From positions 120,460 to 184,459 of the forward strand of contig VRVR01000040.1 in the NCBI GenBank assembly GCA_009859145.1: DNA of 64,000 nucleotides, read 5' to 3'. Position numbers and translations under genes: made by a program. Shown here in pieces: positions 19,712 to 30,313 of the stretch (positions within the stretch are counted from its first letter, which is position 1; every line of letters begins with the position of its first letter). The notes under the pieces were generated by a model. It saw only the letters and a program-made list of their open reading frames with translations. It was not told the origin of the DNA and searched no databases. The DNA is from Andalucia godoyi And28 (lineage: Eukaryota > Protista > Jakobida).

Positions 19712-21517
19712 TCATTGGATTTCACTTGTTTCACTCTCAACAGACGACACGGAGCTGGAAATGTCGTCTTTTGAAACGACTTCACGAATCAATGCACAAA
19801 ACTCGTTCACAATGTCTTGCACAACTTGGATAGTGATCTGAGGGCATGCCCAGCAAACAGAGCCGCGCAACTGGGAGGAGGAAGTCATTGTGCTAAACAG
19901 AAGATGTGGTTCTGCTACCGGTGCCGTGGAGGCAGGGTAGTACTCCAGATCTTGCAAATAAGACGCTGCTGTTTTTTCAAACTCGTGTAGACGGAATTCA
20001 TTATCCCCCGGAAAGAATTGAGAAAATGGCTTGGGAAGACGTCTTTTGAATCCTTCATCCATGGATTGGATTGCTTTCATCGCTGCCGGAAGCATGTACT
20101 GTCCATCAATGAGACCAACATTCGGCAGCGAGAATGTTGGAACAATGCGCAGTAGTTTCGGTAGTCGAGATATGTTTTTCAGAAACCACTGCGAGTTCTT
20201 CACCAAGCACATGGAACGGACAAATCCACCGGTTTTGACTTGGTAGTGCGTGGAACTCTTTATCCTCTTCGCAACCTTCCAAAATGCTTCTAGCCGATTC
20301 TCCTTTGACGTACCGTCTGGAATGCGGAAGAAGCAATCGAAAATGCCAATGCAGTTTCCCTCCGAGATGAAAGGATTTGTCGTTGATTGTTTCATGAAGT
20401 TTGGTTGCTTGTGCAAGAAGAACTTACGCATATCCACGACGAACTGTGCCCAGATCCTGTTTGAAGAGTTTCCTCGTCTTGCTATGCCCCAAGCAATCGC
20501 CGCCATTAGAGCACTTCCGACAGTGACCTTGTTTTGTTTTGCCAGCTGTTCCAATCGAAGGGTCGTCCGTGTGTCAAAGGAAAACAGAATGGTCCTTGAA
20601 TAACTGCCTTGCTTTCCAATGCACTCGGATGCGATGGTCTCCCTGTTGTTCACAATGTCCCTCAAGGTGATTCCTTTTTCACGTTCTTTTAGTTTCTCCG
20701 TAACCGATGTTGCTGTCGATGTCGATGTTGGTGCTGTTGTGAACGTCGAATCTTCCGACAATTGCACCGCTCGTTGCGTGCGTGACTGTGATGTTCCTGC
20801 GGAAGGACTTCGGACATTTGCATTTTTTCCAAGTAGCGACAAGTATCTTACTGCAAACTCGAGCATCGACACGGCGTATGTTGCTTTGTCTAGGATACCG
20901 CGCGGAATTGCTCTATCCACATTCGATGTGGCCCGAAGAGTGTGATACGCTTCCAGCTCTCTTCCGCTGGGTCTTGGGACATTCAAGTAATTCGCAAAAA
21001 TGAGACGCAAACAGGAGAGACCGGTGACCCCGTCAAACACCCGGTGATCGAAAGTAAACAGTAGAATGCGATTGTCAATGAATACAAAACGGACCGGACA
21101 AACGAAGTGTTCGCAGCGAAACGGTCTGTTGTTCTCTGCTTCAACCAACACGTCGACGTTCAACTCGTCATTGTTGAGTATGTTGCGAAATTCTGCAGAG
21201 GAGTATCTTTCCAGTGTGAGCGGCTTCATATCAGAGGATGACGAAGCGACATGGATCGAACGACGGCTGACATCAATGAAGGTCCGAAGTGCAGGAAGTT
21301 CAGCCTGCGCCAGAGCTGCTGCCTCTTCCCACCGTCCCACATCAAATTCCAATTTTTGAAGACCAGGGGCTGAAGAAGTTTTCGGCCTGATAATGCAAAC
21401 TGAATTCATTGCCTGGAAAACGTTATTGGAGGCGCTGTTGTGATGCAACATCTCCTGAGACCCGAATGGCCGTGAGCACACCCGGGTGTTCATTTCTGAA
21501 ACAGTACTGTATGCCAT
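19712..21517 (-). CDS. Putative CoA-dependent acyltransferase (condensation/AATase-like fold)
   Basis: LLFTFDHRVFDGVTG (HxxxDG), later LAKQNKVTVGSALMAA, VDMRK and SLPNVG segments typical of the two-lobed condensation-type fold. Confidence 0.65.
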   Translation of the reverse strand: MAYSTVSEMNTRVCSRPFGSQEMLHHNSASNNVFQAMNSVCIIRPKTSSAPGLQKLEFDVGRWEEAAALAQAELPALRTFIDVSRRSIHVASSSSDMKPLTLERYSSAEFRNILNNDELNVDVLVEAENNRPFRCEHFVCPVRFVFIDNRILLFTFDHRVFDGVTGLSCLRLIFANYLNVPRPSGRELEAYHTLRATSNVDRAIPRGILDKATYAVSMLEFAVRYLSLLGKNANVRSPSAGTSQSRTQRAVQLSEDSTFTTAPTSTSTATSVTEKLKEREKGITLRDIVNNRETIASECIGKQGSYSRTILFSFDTRTTLRLEQLAKQNKVTVGSALMAAIAWGIARRGNSSNRIWAQFVVDMRKFFLHKQPNFMKQSTTNPFISEGNCIGIFDCFFRIPDGTSKENRLEAFWKVAKRIKSSTHYQVKTGGFVRSMCLVKNSQWFLKNISRLPKLLRIVPTFSLPNVGLIDGQYMLPAAMKAIQSMDEGFKRRLPKPFSQFFPGDNEFRLHEFEKTAASYLQDLEYYPASTAPVAEPHLLFSTMTSSSQLRGSVCWACPQITIQVVQDIVNEFCALIREVVSKDDISSSVSSVESETSEIQ

Positions 21518-22306
21518 TGCATATTTTTATTTATTTTTTTGTGCAACCTTTTTGTGCTGCAGAAAAACACCGTGAATTTCTGTACGATCTTCTCGGGGAA
21601 GGGTGTGTGCACAGCAAAGGATTTCCCGTGCGGTCGCATCAAATGAGAGGAGCAACGCACCAGAGGAAGTATCCACTGTTGTTCAACTGAACGACAAGTT
21701 GTACAGATTTTTTTTTTAGGGAGAGAAAGTCCCCTCCTTTTTTTTTGGCGGGCCAAGGGGCGCCCACCAATCAGTTGGGAGTTCCGTGCCACATTTATCG
21801 AGGCATCGGAATTTGCTTCGCTGGACACATTGCGACAACAGGGCAATACGGGGTGATTGTGTGTATAACCCTCCAACCTAAACGTCTGGTGGACGATGGT
21901 GAAGATCGTCGGATAGTATGGCTGAAGGTGTGCAGGTCGAGGCCCAATGAGAGACACTGTCGAATATTAACAGCCGATTCCTTGTAATTGATGATGGGCG
22001 CTGATGCGGATTGTAAAAGTCACTTTTTTACGCCACAAAGTCTGTCTGAGGCGCAGCATGCGAGCCAAGTGCGTGGAGAGGTTTTGGGTTGAAGGATGAA
22101 AATACTTGCGAGACGTTTGTTTTTCTTTTTATTTTTTTGGACCCTTCGAGTAAAGAGCACAAATTAAAAGTAAAAAAATTATTTTAAAAAACATGACCAT
22201 CAAAACAGAAGTAAAAATACGAACGTATCGCGTGTTAATTTACTTTTTCCCATAGGTGCTCCATATCCGACTGCACACGCAAATCTGAGCGAAGAGTGTG
22301 ATTCAA

Positions 22307-24820
22307 TCATACGTCTGACGAGCCTTCGGGAAACAGAGATTCGGCGGATTCAAGGATCGATTGAAGACTCTTCTTGATTGCGCCTACATGTGCGGACTCG
22401 GAATGCGTGTCCGGAGACATCGACGCGGTTCGAGAAGGGAATTCGAAAGAACTTGCTTCGGGAGACAGTGTTCCAGAAGAAGCCAGTGGGGAATCCGCAA
22501 CGCTAATTCTCCTATTCTTTCCTGGACTCGTGACAATTGGACTGAAAGAAGAAGACACAGACACTCGTGAATCCATGCGGGCGAACGAAGGAGCTCGTCC
22601 GGTTGGGGGACTTTGCGGCTTCTGCGAATCAGCACGTGAGAGATTTGAGGAGAAGGAGGGTTGGCGTCCCATTTTTGCTTCGGTTAGCGCAACATTTGCG
22701 GCAAAGTACGAAGAGTACTTCTTGGTCTGTGGACTGATAAAAGAGTTCTTCTTCGCCTCCTTTTCCAGAGCAATTTTCTCCGATTTCAGTCTATCAATCT
22801 CCAAGAGCGCTCCCTCAAGCTGCCTTCGCAAGCCGCTCGCCTCTGTCTCAAACGCGTCCTTGCTTTCGTTTGATTCCGCCAAAGACGTGCGCAACTGACG
22901 AATTTCGGATCGCAAATACAAAAGCGTTTTCTCGCTTTGTTCCACCGAATCTTGCAGGTCCATGCATTGATCAACATTTTTTCGCCAGGCAAGTTGCAAG
23001 TTTGAAACGTAGTCCGAAACGTCCCGCAGCGAACTCTTTTGCCCAATATTGGAAGGCGGCTGGTTCGCGTGTTGCAGCCCGCTCAGGATAGCATGCGCAT
23101 TCTTCTCTTCGATGACTGGTATGATCTCCTTTCGTCGATGAATGAGCAGTGACGATCGAACAAAATTCTTGAGATTTGAAGCGGACAATCGGCTGGTTGC
23201 ATCTCCCACAAACGGATTGGGCTGCGGTATCAGGGATCTCTCCTTGCGATGCGACGGAAACAGCTGATCAAACATGTTTGCATGGAACAAGGCAGTCTTA
23301 TGACTAAGTTGCGGACAGTATCGGTCGCAGAAAACCGACAGCAGAGAAGAAAAGTGGACTATGCGAACCTCATCTTCTTCGGAGAAATGATTGCTCAAGA
23401 GCGGATTGTTCACTCTCAAGATGCCAACAACCCGCATGTGGTCGTCTGGAGAAAATATGGGGACGATAAGGGCGGAGCGAACGAACTTTGATGTCGCATC
23501 ATCCAAACCGTCACGGTACGTCTTCGATGGGTTGGAATCCTCGACCGAGAACGCAATGCCCGACTGGAAGACACATCCAATCAGTCCAGTTGTTGTCGGA
23601 ACACGGTAGAACGGCACGCGAGAGGCGTCCCCAAAGGACGCAATGCACAATAGATCATCCGCTTCTCGCGAATGCGTATAGATTGCGCCCGACTCGCTTC
23701 TCATGGATGACACAATGGATTCCAGTAGCAGTTGAAATGATGCTTGCAATATCCGTTCAGCGTCCTGTTTCTTTGTCAAATACTTTTGATCAGCCAGTCT
23801 TCCGCTTCGAGCTTGAAATGGAATCATGGATACTAATGTTGTTGAATCTTCGCTGAATTCTGGTGCCGCAGCAAGTTTGGATGTGGAGGTCACGGATGAT
23901 GATCGATCTCTAGTCGTGTGAGCGCCTGAGTTGGCAGGAGGAGCGTTCGCATGGCCCACAGCAGCAGCAGCAGCAGCAGCGGTGACTGCTGCACTTTCGG
24001 CTCTGCTCTTGTGCAACAATAGCGAGGCTGCGTTTTGCAACCGCTTTGCAGGGGACAATGCGGAGCTCAGCATGGACGATTGACTTGCTTCCGAGAGACG
24101 GCAAAATGCATCTTCTGCAAGCTTCACGTACTCAGATAACGACTTCTCAACATGCAGCTCGAGCATACGCAGATCGCGAAAGAACTCTTCCAAGGGAACT
24201 GCGCCCCCAGGATATCCAAGGTCATTCTCGGGGGAAACAGAAAGGATGCCAGCGTGTGCACTGTCCGTCGCAGGAACCGGCGAAGACATTGCTCGCATGT
24301 TCAAACCGGAATCCGAACGCACCACTTTCAATTGGCCAACAGCATGTGTTGGTGTACCCCCGTCTGATCCCCCGAACCTTGCCGACAACAAATTCGAGGC
24401 TGAATCGGATCTTCCCGGTCTGTTACGACCTGCAGAATGTGTGAGCTCTACAGTCTGGCCGGAGTTCCCTGGAACCGAAAGGCTCTGCACATTCGACGAA
24501 AGGCTCTGCTTTGCATGGAACAAAATGTACTTCCGGAGCTGCCGCAGCGAGGCATTCACCGCGTTCAGACACAGTTCGGGACCTGTGACAGCCATATCCA
24601 TGTCTGCAGGAGGACGCGGAGACTGGGATCGGTGGGAAGTATGACCACCGTTTCCAGGACTTCCACTGCCTTTGGACATTGAGCGGCCCCGTGTTCGTCC
24701 TGAGGATGTCGGTGTCGCCACGGATTGCTCTCCGTGGCCTCTAGGTGATAGCGCACCAGGAGAACCGATCCTGTCAAGTTGCAAAGGTGGCATACTTTTC
24801 AAATTATGCACCCTTTCCAT
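22307..24820 (-). CDS. GAF-domain, coiled-coil, Ser-rich protein
   Basis: GAIYTHSREADDL...GLIGCVFQSG...RSALIVPIF...VVGILRVNN...FSEEDE is a GAF pattern, followed by a coiled coil. Confidence 0.75.
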   Translation of the reverse strand: MERVHNLKSMPPLQLDRIGSPGALSPRGHGEQSVATPTSSGRTRGRSMSKGSGSPGNGGHTSHRSQSPRPPADMDMAVTGPELCLNAVNASLRQLRKYILFHAKQSLSSNVQSLSVPGNSGQTVELTHSAGRNRPGRSDSASNLLSARFGGSDGGTPTHAVGQLKVVRSDSGLNMRAMSSPVPATDSAHAGILSVSPENDLGYPGGAVPLEEFFRDLRMLELHVEKSLSEYVKLAEDAFCRLSEASQSSMLSSALSPAKRLQNAASLLLHKSRAESAAVTAAAAAAAVGHANAPPANSGAHTTRDRSSSVTSTSKLAAAPEFSEDSTTLVSMIPFQARSGRLADQKYLTKKQDAERILQASFQLLLESIVSSMRSESGAIYTHSREADDLLCIASFGDASRVPFYRVPTTTGLIGCVFQSGIAFSVEDSNPSKTYRDGLDDATSKFVRSALIVPIFSPDDHMRVVGILRVNNPLLSNHFSEEDEVRIVHFSSLLSVFCDRYCPQLSHKTALFHANMFDQLFPSHRKERSLIPQPNPFVGDATSRLSASNLKNFVRSSLLIHRRKEIIPVIEEKNAHAILSGLQHANQPPSNIGQKSSLRDVSDYVSNLQLAWRKNVDQCMDLQDSVEQSEKTLLYLRSEIRQLRTSLAESNESKDAFETEASGLRRQLEGALLEIDRLKSEKIALEKEAKKNSFISPQTKKYSSYFAANVALTEAKMGRQPSFSSNLSRADSQKPQSPPTGRAPSFARMDSRVSVSSSFSPIVTSPGKNRRISVADSPLASSGTLSPEASSFEFPSRTASMSPDTHSESAHVGAIKKSLQSILESAESLFPEGSSDV

Positions 24821-25194
24821 TTTCCTACTCGCAATACCGCAGCCGAATTGAAACTAAAAGGTCTGAGAAAGAGAGAGGAAAAGAACGCTGCTGTGTGCAG
24901 TCCGTGTGCAGGAAGGACAGAAAAAGAACAGGTTGGACAATCGTCAGAGGAAGATGCGTGGGTGGAAAAGAAAAATGCAACTGCAAAACCTTTTGTCGAT
25001 CATCTGCTCGTCTGTCAGCCTTTGCTCATGCCCCCTGACGTCAATCGACAGATCATCTCCTCTGCTGGGGGACCTTTTTTTTTTGTGGAGAACATTCGAA
25101 TTTCGAAACTCTCACTGCCAGGGGAGACTCAGGGGCACGCTTGCCCCAGAAAGGTGGCGTGTAGCGGATACGGTAAAAACCCTTCCTTTTACCT

Positions 25195-26079
25195 TTATTG
25201 AAGCTCACCACCTGCATTCAAATGGCATAGAGAATTTAAAATGTGTTCTACTTCTTCGACAGACTGGACTCGACAAGAGGCCTTTGTCTCCCGTGCCTCA
25301 TCGGAAACCAAGATTCCAGCACCACAATCCTCCAAAACAGCAAACGCATCCTCGTCCGTCCGGTCATCGCCGATGTAGATTGGGAAAATATTGTCTGTCT
25401 TGTAAACGCGTTTCATCAGGTGGAGCAGAAGCCCCACTGCCTTTCCTTTGTTCCAGTCAAAGGCAGGCCTGATTTCCCAAACACACTTGCCACGAGTCAG
25501 TCGTAGCAGTGATGCATGCTTGTCCACATACGTGGTCACCATCGTCTCAATCTCCACCTTATCATTCGCGGAGGAAACCATGCGATCATGCACAGAGAGC
25601 GTAAACTTATTGTCTTCAACTATGCATCCCGGGATTCGAGACAATTTTTGGTCGAAGTACTCGTACGCCGAATGCACCTCTGCGATGTATGGCTCCAGCT
25701 CCTGAGGAGTTGCGTTCTCCTTTAACAGCTGTTTGTACTCGTTATCATTCTCCGGCTTCGCAAATTTTCGAACAGAGTCGAATCCATATGGATCCTCTGG
25801 GAATGAAATATCAAACCCATGCGATCCTGCATAGAATATATGACGGATCGAAACACGTTTCTGCACATCCGCACGCGCTCTGCCAGAGATGATCGCAACA
25901 GGATGCTTCTTTGACAGAGATTCCAATGCACTTTGCATTCCAGTGCTCATTGCAGCTTGCGACGGTATGTTGACAATGGGAGCAAGGGTCCCGTCAAAGT
26001 CTAGAAAAACAACCAACAGTTTGCCTGGCGACAAGCCAGCCGATATGAACGAAATCGTTTCTTCAACAAGCGGAAGCAT
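25195..26079 (-). CDS. Trehalose-6-phosphate phosphatase (HAD family, stand-alone)
   Basis: FLDFDGTLAPIV, VAIISGRAR, YAGSHGFDI, VEDNKFTLSVH, GKCVWEIRP...WNKGKAV, YIGDDRTDEDAF. ATG at 26079 follows a TTTTTGTACAG acceptor-like motif. Confidence 0.92.
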   Translation of the reverse strand: MLPLVEETISFISAGLSPGKLLVVFLDFDGTLAPIVNIPSQAAMSTGMQSALESLSKKHPVAIISGRARADVQKRVSIRHIFYAGSHGFDISFPEDPYGFDSVRKFAKPENDNEYKQLLKENATPQELEPYIAEVHSAYEYFDQKLSRIPGCIVEDNKFTLSVHDRMVSSANDKVEIETMVTTYVDKHASLLRLTRGKCVWEIRPAFDWNKGKAVGLLLHLMKRVYKTDNIFPIYIGDDRTDEDAFAVLEDCGAGILVSDEARETKASCRVQSVEEVEHILNSLCHLNAGGELQ

Positions 26080-26635
26080 CTGTACAAAAAAATACGATTT
26101 CCGTTTCACAGAATTAGTACATCAAGCGAAAGAATACAACAGCGACCTGAAAAAATGCAAAGCAACGCTTTTTGATTACTGTTATATTATTTTTTTTTGA
26201 TTTTTGCGAAAGACGCTTCTGGAGATACAATTTCGTGATGGCTCCTTTTTCCTGGTTCCTATTGTGAGCGATGACTCGCAGTGTCCTGAAAACCCGCAAA
26301 CAAAAACAAAACAATCTTTTTGTTGTTGAATCTTCACTTGCCCCTGATTCGCTTGTCGGGCATTTTTTTCCGGTTTTTGCCATTTCTGGACACTTCGATC
26401 GCGTGAATTCCGCCCTCCCGCTGTGCAGTGTCTTCAGTTTGGTGTCACTTCGCGTACCCCTCGTTTCATATTTTGCAGTGGATAAAAAGACCATTTGGCT
26501 GTGAGTTCTCCGTGAAACAATGTCGAAAACATACAGGATCAGCAACCGGCGCTGCCAGTTACATTTTCACAGAGGTGTATTCGAGAAGACGGCTATGGAT
26601 TTTCCTTTTATCGGACGATATAGAAATACGAATCT

Positions 26636-29600
26636 TCAATTGGCCGATACTTTGCGCAGCTTCTCCAGAAGCTTTTGGCATGTTTCATCACGTGCGGCAG
26701 GAAGCAGAGACTCGACATGCTTCAGATCCGCAAACGTAAATCTGACGTTCTTCCCGGGCAGCTTGGATGGAGCCTCGTCAAAGAACCCCGAATAATAAAT
26801 AAGCCACAATGACAAATACACGTTGCATGGATCCTTTGAAACACGGACGAGATCAAACAACACATTCACAAAGTGTGAGGTATCCTCTCCACTACGCTCA
26901 AATTTTGAAAGAAATTTTCTCACTGATTTCGAAGCAAAACAGGACAGGACCAACGAAAGAAGCGAGAATCTTAAAATGAAACATGAATGTTTGAAGTTCT
27001 TCAGAAAGGCTTGGTGCTGTCGGAGCCACGGAAATGCTGCAGAAAACAAGCCTTTTCGAACAAGTTCTTCGGAGAATTGTCGCGCAACAATAGTATTCGT
27101 GCGACACAGATGATGCTGTATCCGAGCAAGGAACAGGAAACCGCAACAAATGAAAGAAGGCCGAAGGTCGCTAAAAAGGCTGGACGTACCATTCAGAAGC
27201 GGCAACAATGTTTCGAAAAACTGGAACTCCGAAAAATGGCGAATAACCTGTTCCGGAGCGATGCTCGATACGAGCTCCGCGAGTATCGAAAACACTGGAT
27301 CTCCAGTACAAAACTGCGAAATGCAACGCGAAAAAATGTCGGGAATATACGATTTGCAGAGTGCTTGCCGCACCGTTGCAGAAACGTGCGCCAAAAATCC
27401 AAGGGTGCGCAGAACATGTCCACCGATGCACGGCTCTCCAACGTTCAAGTACCGCACAAGATACTCAAAAGATCCCAGACGGATCATTTCGTTCCGGAGT
27501 TCCGGATCGTCTCTTGATGCTCGTTCAAATTCCGATAAAATGGCCAAAATTGAGCGAGAGGACCGCCCCTGGGCCAAAAGCGCATTCAGGAACCGGACAT
27601 AGGATGTGCTTGATCGAAAGAAGAACGGCATCGAAAACACCCTTTCTCGAATCAGCAACTCTAGAATAGATTCCGAAAAGACGAAAGGCTGCAGGTAGAA
27701 TTCCTCCGGTAGGAAAGCATCAAGAGAAAATTGCATTCCAAAACTTTGAAGTGGTACATCAAACACTCCATTTCGCGACCGCAAATGAAGTAGATACAGC
27801 ACAAGCGTCAATAGTCGGAAGTGATTCGACGACCAGGATATCTGAGGTGTTTTCAACAGAGACACAACATCCACAAGGATGGGGGGATAATCATGTCCAC
27901 CAAGAAGAACGTAAGAAATGTACGAAGCTAGTCGAGAACACCACGCTGACAAACTTCCAGCAGCAGTCTTTGCATCATGACTACCATTTGGCGTCTCGCT
28001 GAAAATGTGAGAAAAATACGGTGTATCCACGTCGGATTCGATTTTGTGAATGATTGCAAATAAATCCTCTTCCGTGTTAGAAATATCCCATAAATTTCCG
28101 AGTTTTTCGGTCAGTCCTTCATACTTGGGATGTCTGCAGTTCTCGACTGTCCTCACAACTGACAAAACAAGAAGTCGGACGCGGTCAACAACTACCTCGT
28201 CTTCATCTTCAGGATTCTCATCAGGAGAAGAAGTGCTAAGCAGCATCGGCCGAATTCTCCAAACCGTGTCACGCCCCTCACACCAGTCCAAGAAGGATTT
28301 ATCACAGTCCAACATTTCGAGAGAAGACTGAATCAAAAACATGTCGTAATGTGCATTGGAAGGCGTGAAAAAGCACGAATCAAACATGGACTGCACTGAA
28401 TCAACAGCAGACTGAACCGTTTCCGAAGACAAACGACCCTCCGAAAAGACAATATCTGAAAAGTGCTCCAAAGTACATTTTTGAGGAACAAACAACAAAC
28501 TAGAGCACGCAGTCGATAGGGATACGCCGTGATCTCCAGAAACCAGAGATTCTTCAAAAAGATCCATGTTGGACACTGAGACAGGAGCCAGACCAATCGA
28601 TGACAAAAAGTTAGAGACGACTTGAACTTGCGAACACTCCACAACAAACGAGAATTCCTCGTTGCCCATGTCAAACGCAAGTCGCGGCCCCTGACAGACG
28701 ACACGAGAGATCTGCGAAACTGGGTAATAAACAGCAGACCCTTGTGAATCCAGCTTCTCCAGCAACAAGTCATCAATCGCACTGTGATTCCCTAGAAGAG
28801 GACGTTTGAAATATCCAACTGCAGGAAGAGGAGTCGAACTAAAACGAAGGACTCGTTTTCCGGCGACACGAATCCCGTTCTCGATAACGGCATCGCAATC
28901 AAATTTCTGTGATTGAGACGGCACCTTTGCACTGCTTAAGGCACGTGCAGTACGTGCCGTAACAGGCAGAGCATTTGTCCCTGATTTGAGAGCATTGCTC
29001 ACACGAGCAACGACGACGATGTCGTGATACTGCAAAGGGTCCGGGGCAATGTACGAACGTCTGCATACGAACACTACGACACACTCATTGTCTAAATGAA
29101 ACACCGTACGATGAGTGATCCATGCGGCAGGGTCATTCGTAAGCTTCATTTTCTTCCGATACGGGGACGAGCTCACTACAACAAACGGCTTACCGCCAGC
29201 CTCCTTCTCGGCAATCGCGGACGCTAGGATTCTCACAGCATCTGCCGGTGTCATGGGGCTTAACAAAACAGAGTCCTTGTAGCCAAATGGGTACAGCTTC
29301 ACGGAAATAGAAAGCTCCTGGGCAGAATCCAGGGCAAATATTGCAGAATACTGGGATTGCGATTGGAGAACGACACCAGGAGGAAGAACAAAAGAATACA
29401 TAGATCCAAGAGAGCCAATACGAGAACTTGTTAAACCCATTGATTTCAGGATTAATGACAGCTGCAAATCCTCTTGGCTTGTTGTCGTCGCGAAACTCTT
29501 CAGAGAATCCACAACCCTTACGCAGAATCCAACATCTTCCTTCATGTCCGAGTCCGCAAGGCCTGTGTCCTTTTCCAACCTCACAGTCGGAATCTTCTGC

Positions 29601-29938
29601 AAACGCATAATGCCGTCCGCAGCAGCATTCACTCGCATGTCGTCCACGATTCGCGATCTGCAGTGAGCATTACATTGAAGTGCGATGCGAGGCCTGTCCG
29701 TGAATTCAAATTCGAGCATGGTCTTGTCGCTTTGCAAAAGATAAACGCATATCAAAGAAGCATAGTGGCACATAAACGGTTTCGTTCTCATGTTGGAGTC
29801 CACTATGTAAAACGATCTTTTGGACAGGCACAAATAGCAGAGAACAGACGTTGCAGGAAGATACACAACAAAGTAAGACAGGACAGGGGATAGCGTCTGC
29901 TCCTCCAACTTTGCAAAGACCGCCAATCGAGCCTTCAT
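26636..29938 (-). CDS. Large hypothetical protein (~1100 aa), possible N-terminal PH-like and C-terminal ARM/HEAT-like regions
   Basis: Long uninterrupted ORF with a beta-rich N-terminus (LCLSKRSFYIVD) and Leu-rich helical repeats at the C-terminus. Family not recognised. Confidence 0.75.
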   Translation of the reverse strand: MKARLAVFAKLEEQTLSPVLSYFVVYLPATSVLCYLCLSKRSFYIVDSNMRTKPFMCHYASLICVYLLQSDKTMLEFEFTDRPRIALQCNAHCRSRIVDDMRVNAAADGIMRLQKIPTVRLEKDTGLADSDMKEDVGFCVRVVDSLKSFATTTSQEDLQLSLILKSMGLTSSRIGSLGSMYSFVLPPGVVLQSQSQYSAIFALDSAQELSISVKLYPFGYKDSVLLSPMTPADAVRILASAIAEKEAGGKPFVVVSSSPYRKKMKLTNDPAAWITHRTVFHLDNECVVVFVCRRSYIAPDPLQYHDIVVVARVSNALKSGTNALPVTARTARALSSAKVPSQSQKFDCDAVIENGIRVAGKRVLRFSSTPLPAVGYFKRPLLGNHSAIDDLLLEKLDSQGSAVYYPVSQISRVVCQGPRLAFDMGNEEFSFVVECSQVQVVSNFLSSIGLAPVSVSNMDLFEESLVSGDHGVSLSTACSSLLFVPQKCTLEHFSDIVFSEGRLSSETVQSAVDSVQSMFDSCFFTPSNAHYDMFLIQSSLEMLDCDKSFLDWCEGRDTVWRIRPMLLSTSSPDENPEDEDEVVVDRVRLLVLSVVRTVENCRHPKYEGLTEKLGNLWDISNTEEDLFAIIHKIESDVDTPYFSHIFSETPNGSHDAKTAAGSLSAWCSRLASYISYVLLGGHDYPPILVDVVSLLKTPQISWSSNHFRLLTLVLYLLHLRSRNGVFDVPLQSFGMQFSLDAFLPEEFYLQPFVFSESILELLIRERVFSMPFFFRSSTSYVRFLNALLAQGRSSRSILAILSEFERASRDDPELRNEMIRLGSFEYLVRYLNVGEPCIGGHVLRTLGFLAHVSATVRQALCKSYIPDIFSRCISQFCTGDPVFSILAELVSSIAPEQVIRHFSEFQFFETLLPLLNGTSSLFSDLRPSFICCGFLFLARIQHHLCRTNTIVARQFSEELVRKGLFSAAFPWLRQHQAFLKNFKHSCFILRFSLLSLVLSCFASKSVRKFLSKFERSGEDTSHFVNVLFDLVRVSKDPCNVYLSLWLIYYSGFFDEAPSKLPGKNVRFTFADLKHVESLLPAARDETCQKLLEKLRKVSAN

Positions 29939-30313
29939 TTTTCCAAGCACGAATGGACAGCACTCCTACCAACAACAATCCAATGAACTAAGGAGGTAGC
30001 GGTGCTGGAGAAGACAGAATTTGGAGAGGGGGGGGGGGGAATCTGCCGAACTGCGGCTTCTTTCTGACCAGAAGAAAAAAGCGCTGCCCGAACAAGCCTT
30101 TCAAAAATATGCATGGTAATATATCACCAAACTCAAACATGGACTTGAGCAACATGTGTCAGATGCCTCTCCCCACAAAAGGCACACTTGATTTTCATTC
30201 TTTGTTGTTTAAATTTGCTGTTTTATGTCCCCCCAACTTGATGATTTTCCGTTTCCCCATTTTCTCGATTTCAATTTCCAAACTTCTTCCCTGTAATGCG
30301 ATAGCCTGCACAG

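Noticed and set aside
21490-21957. SLIGPRP motif resembling bacterial sugar transferases
   Set aside because: An in-frame stop lies four codons upstream and none of the surrounding family motifs are present.
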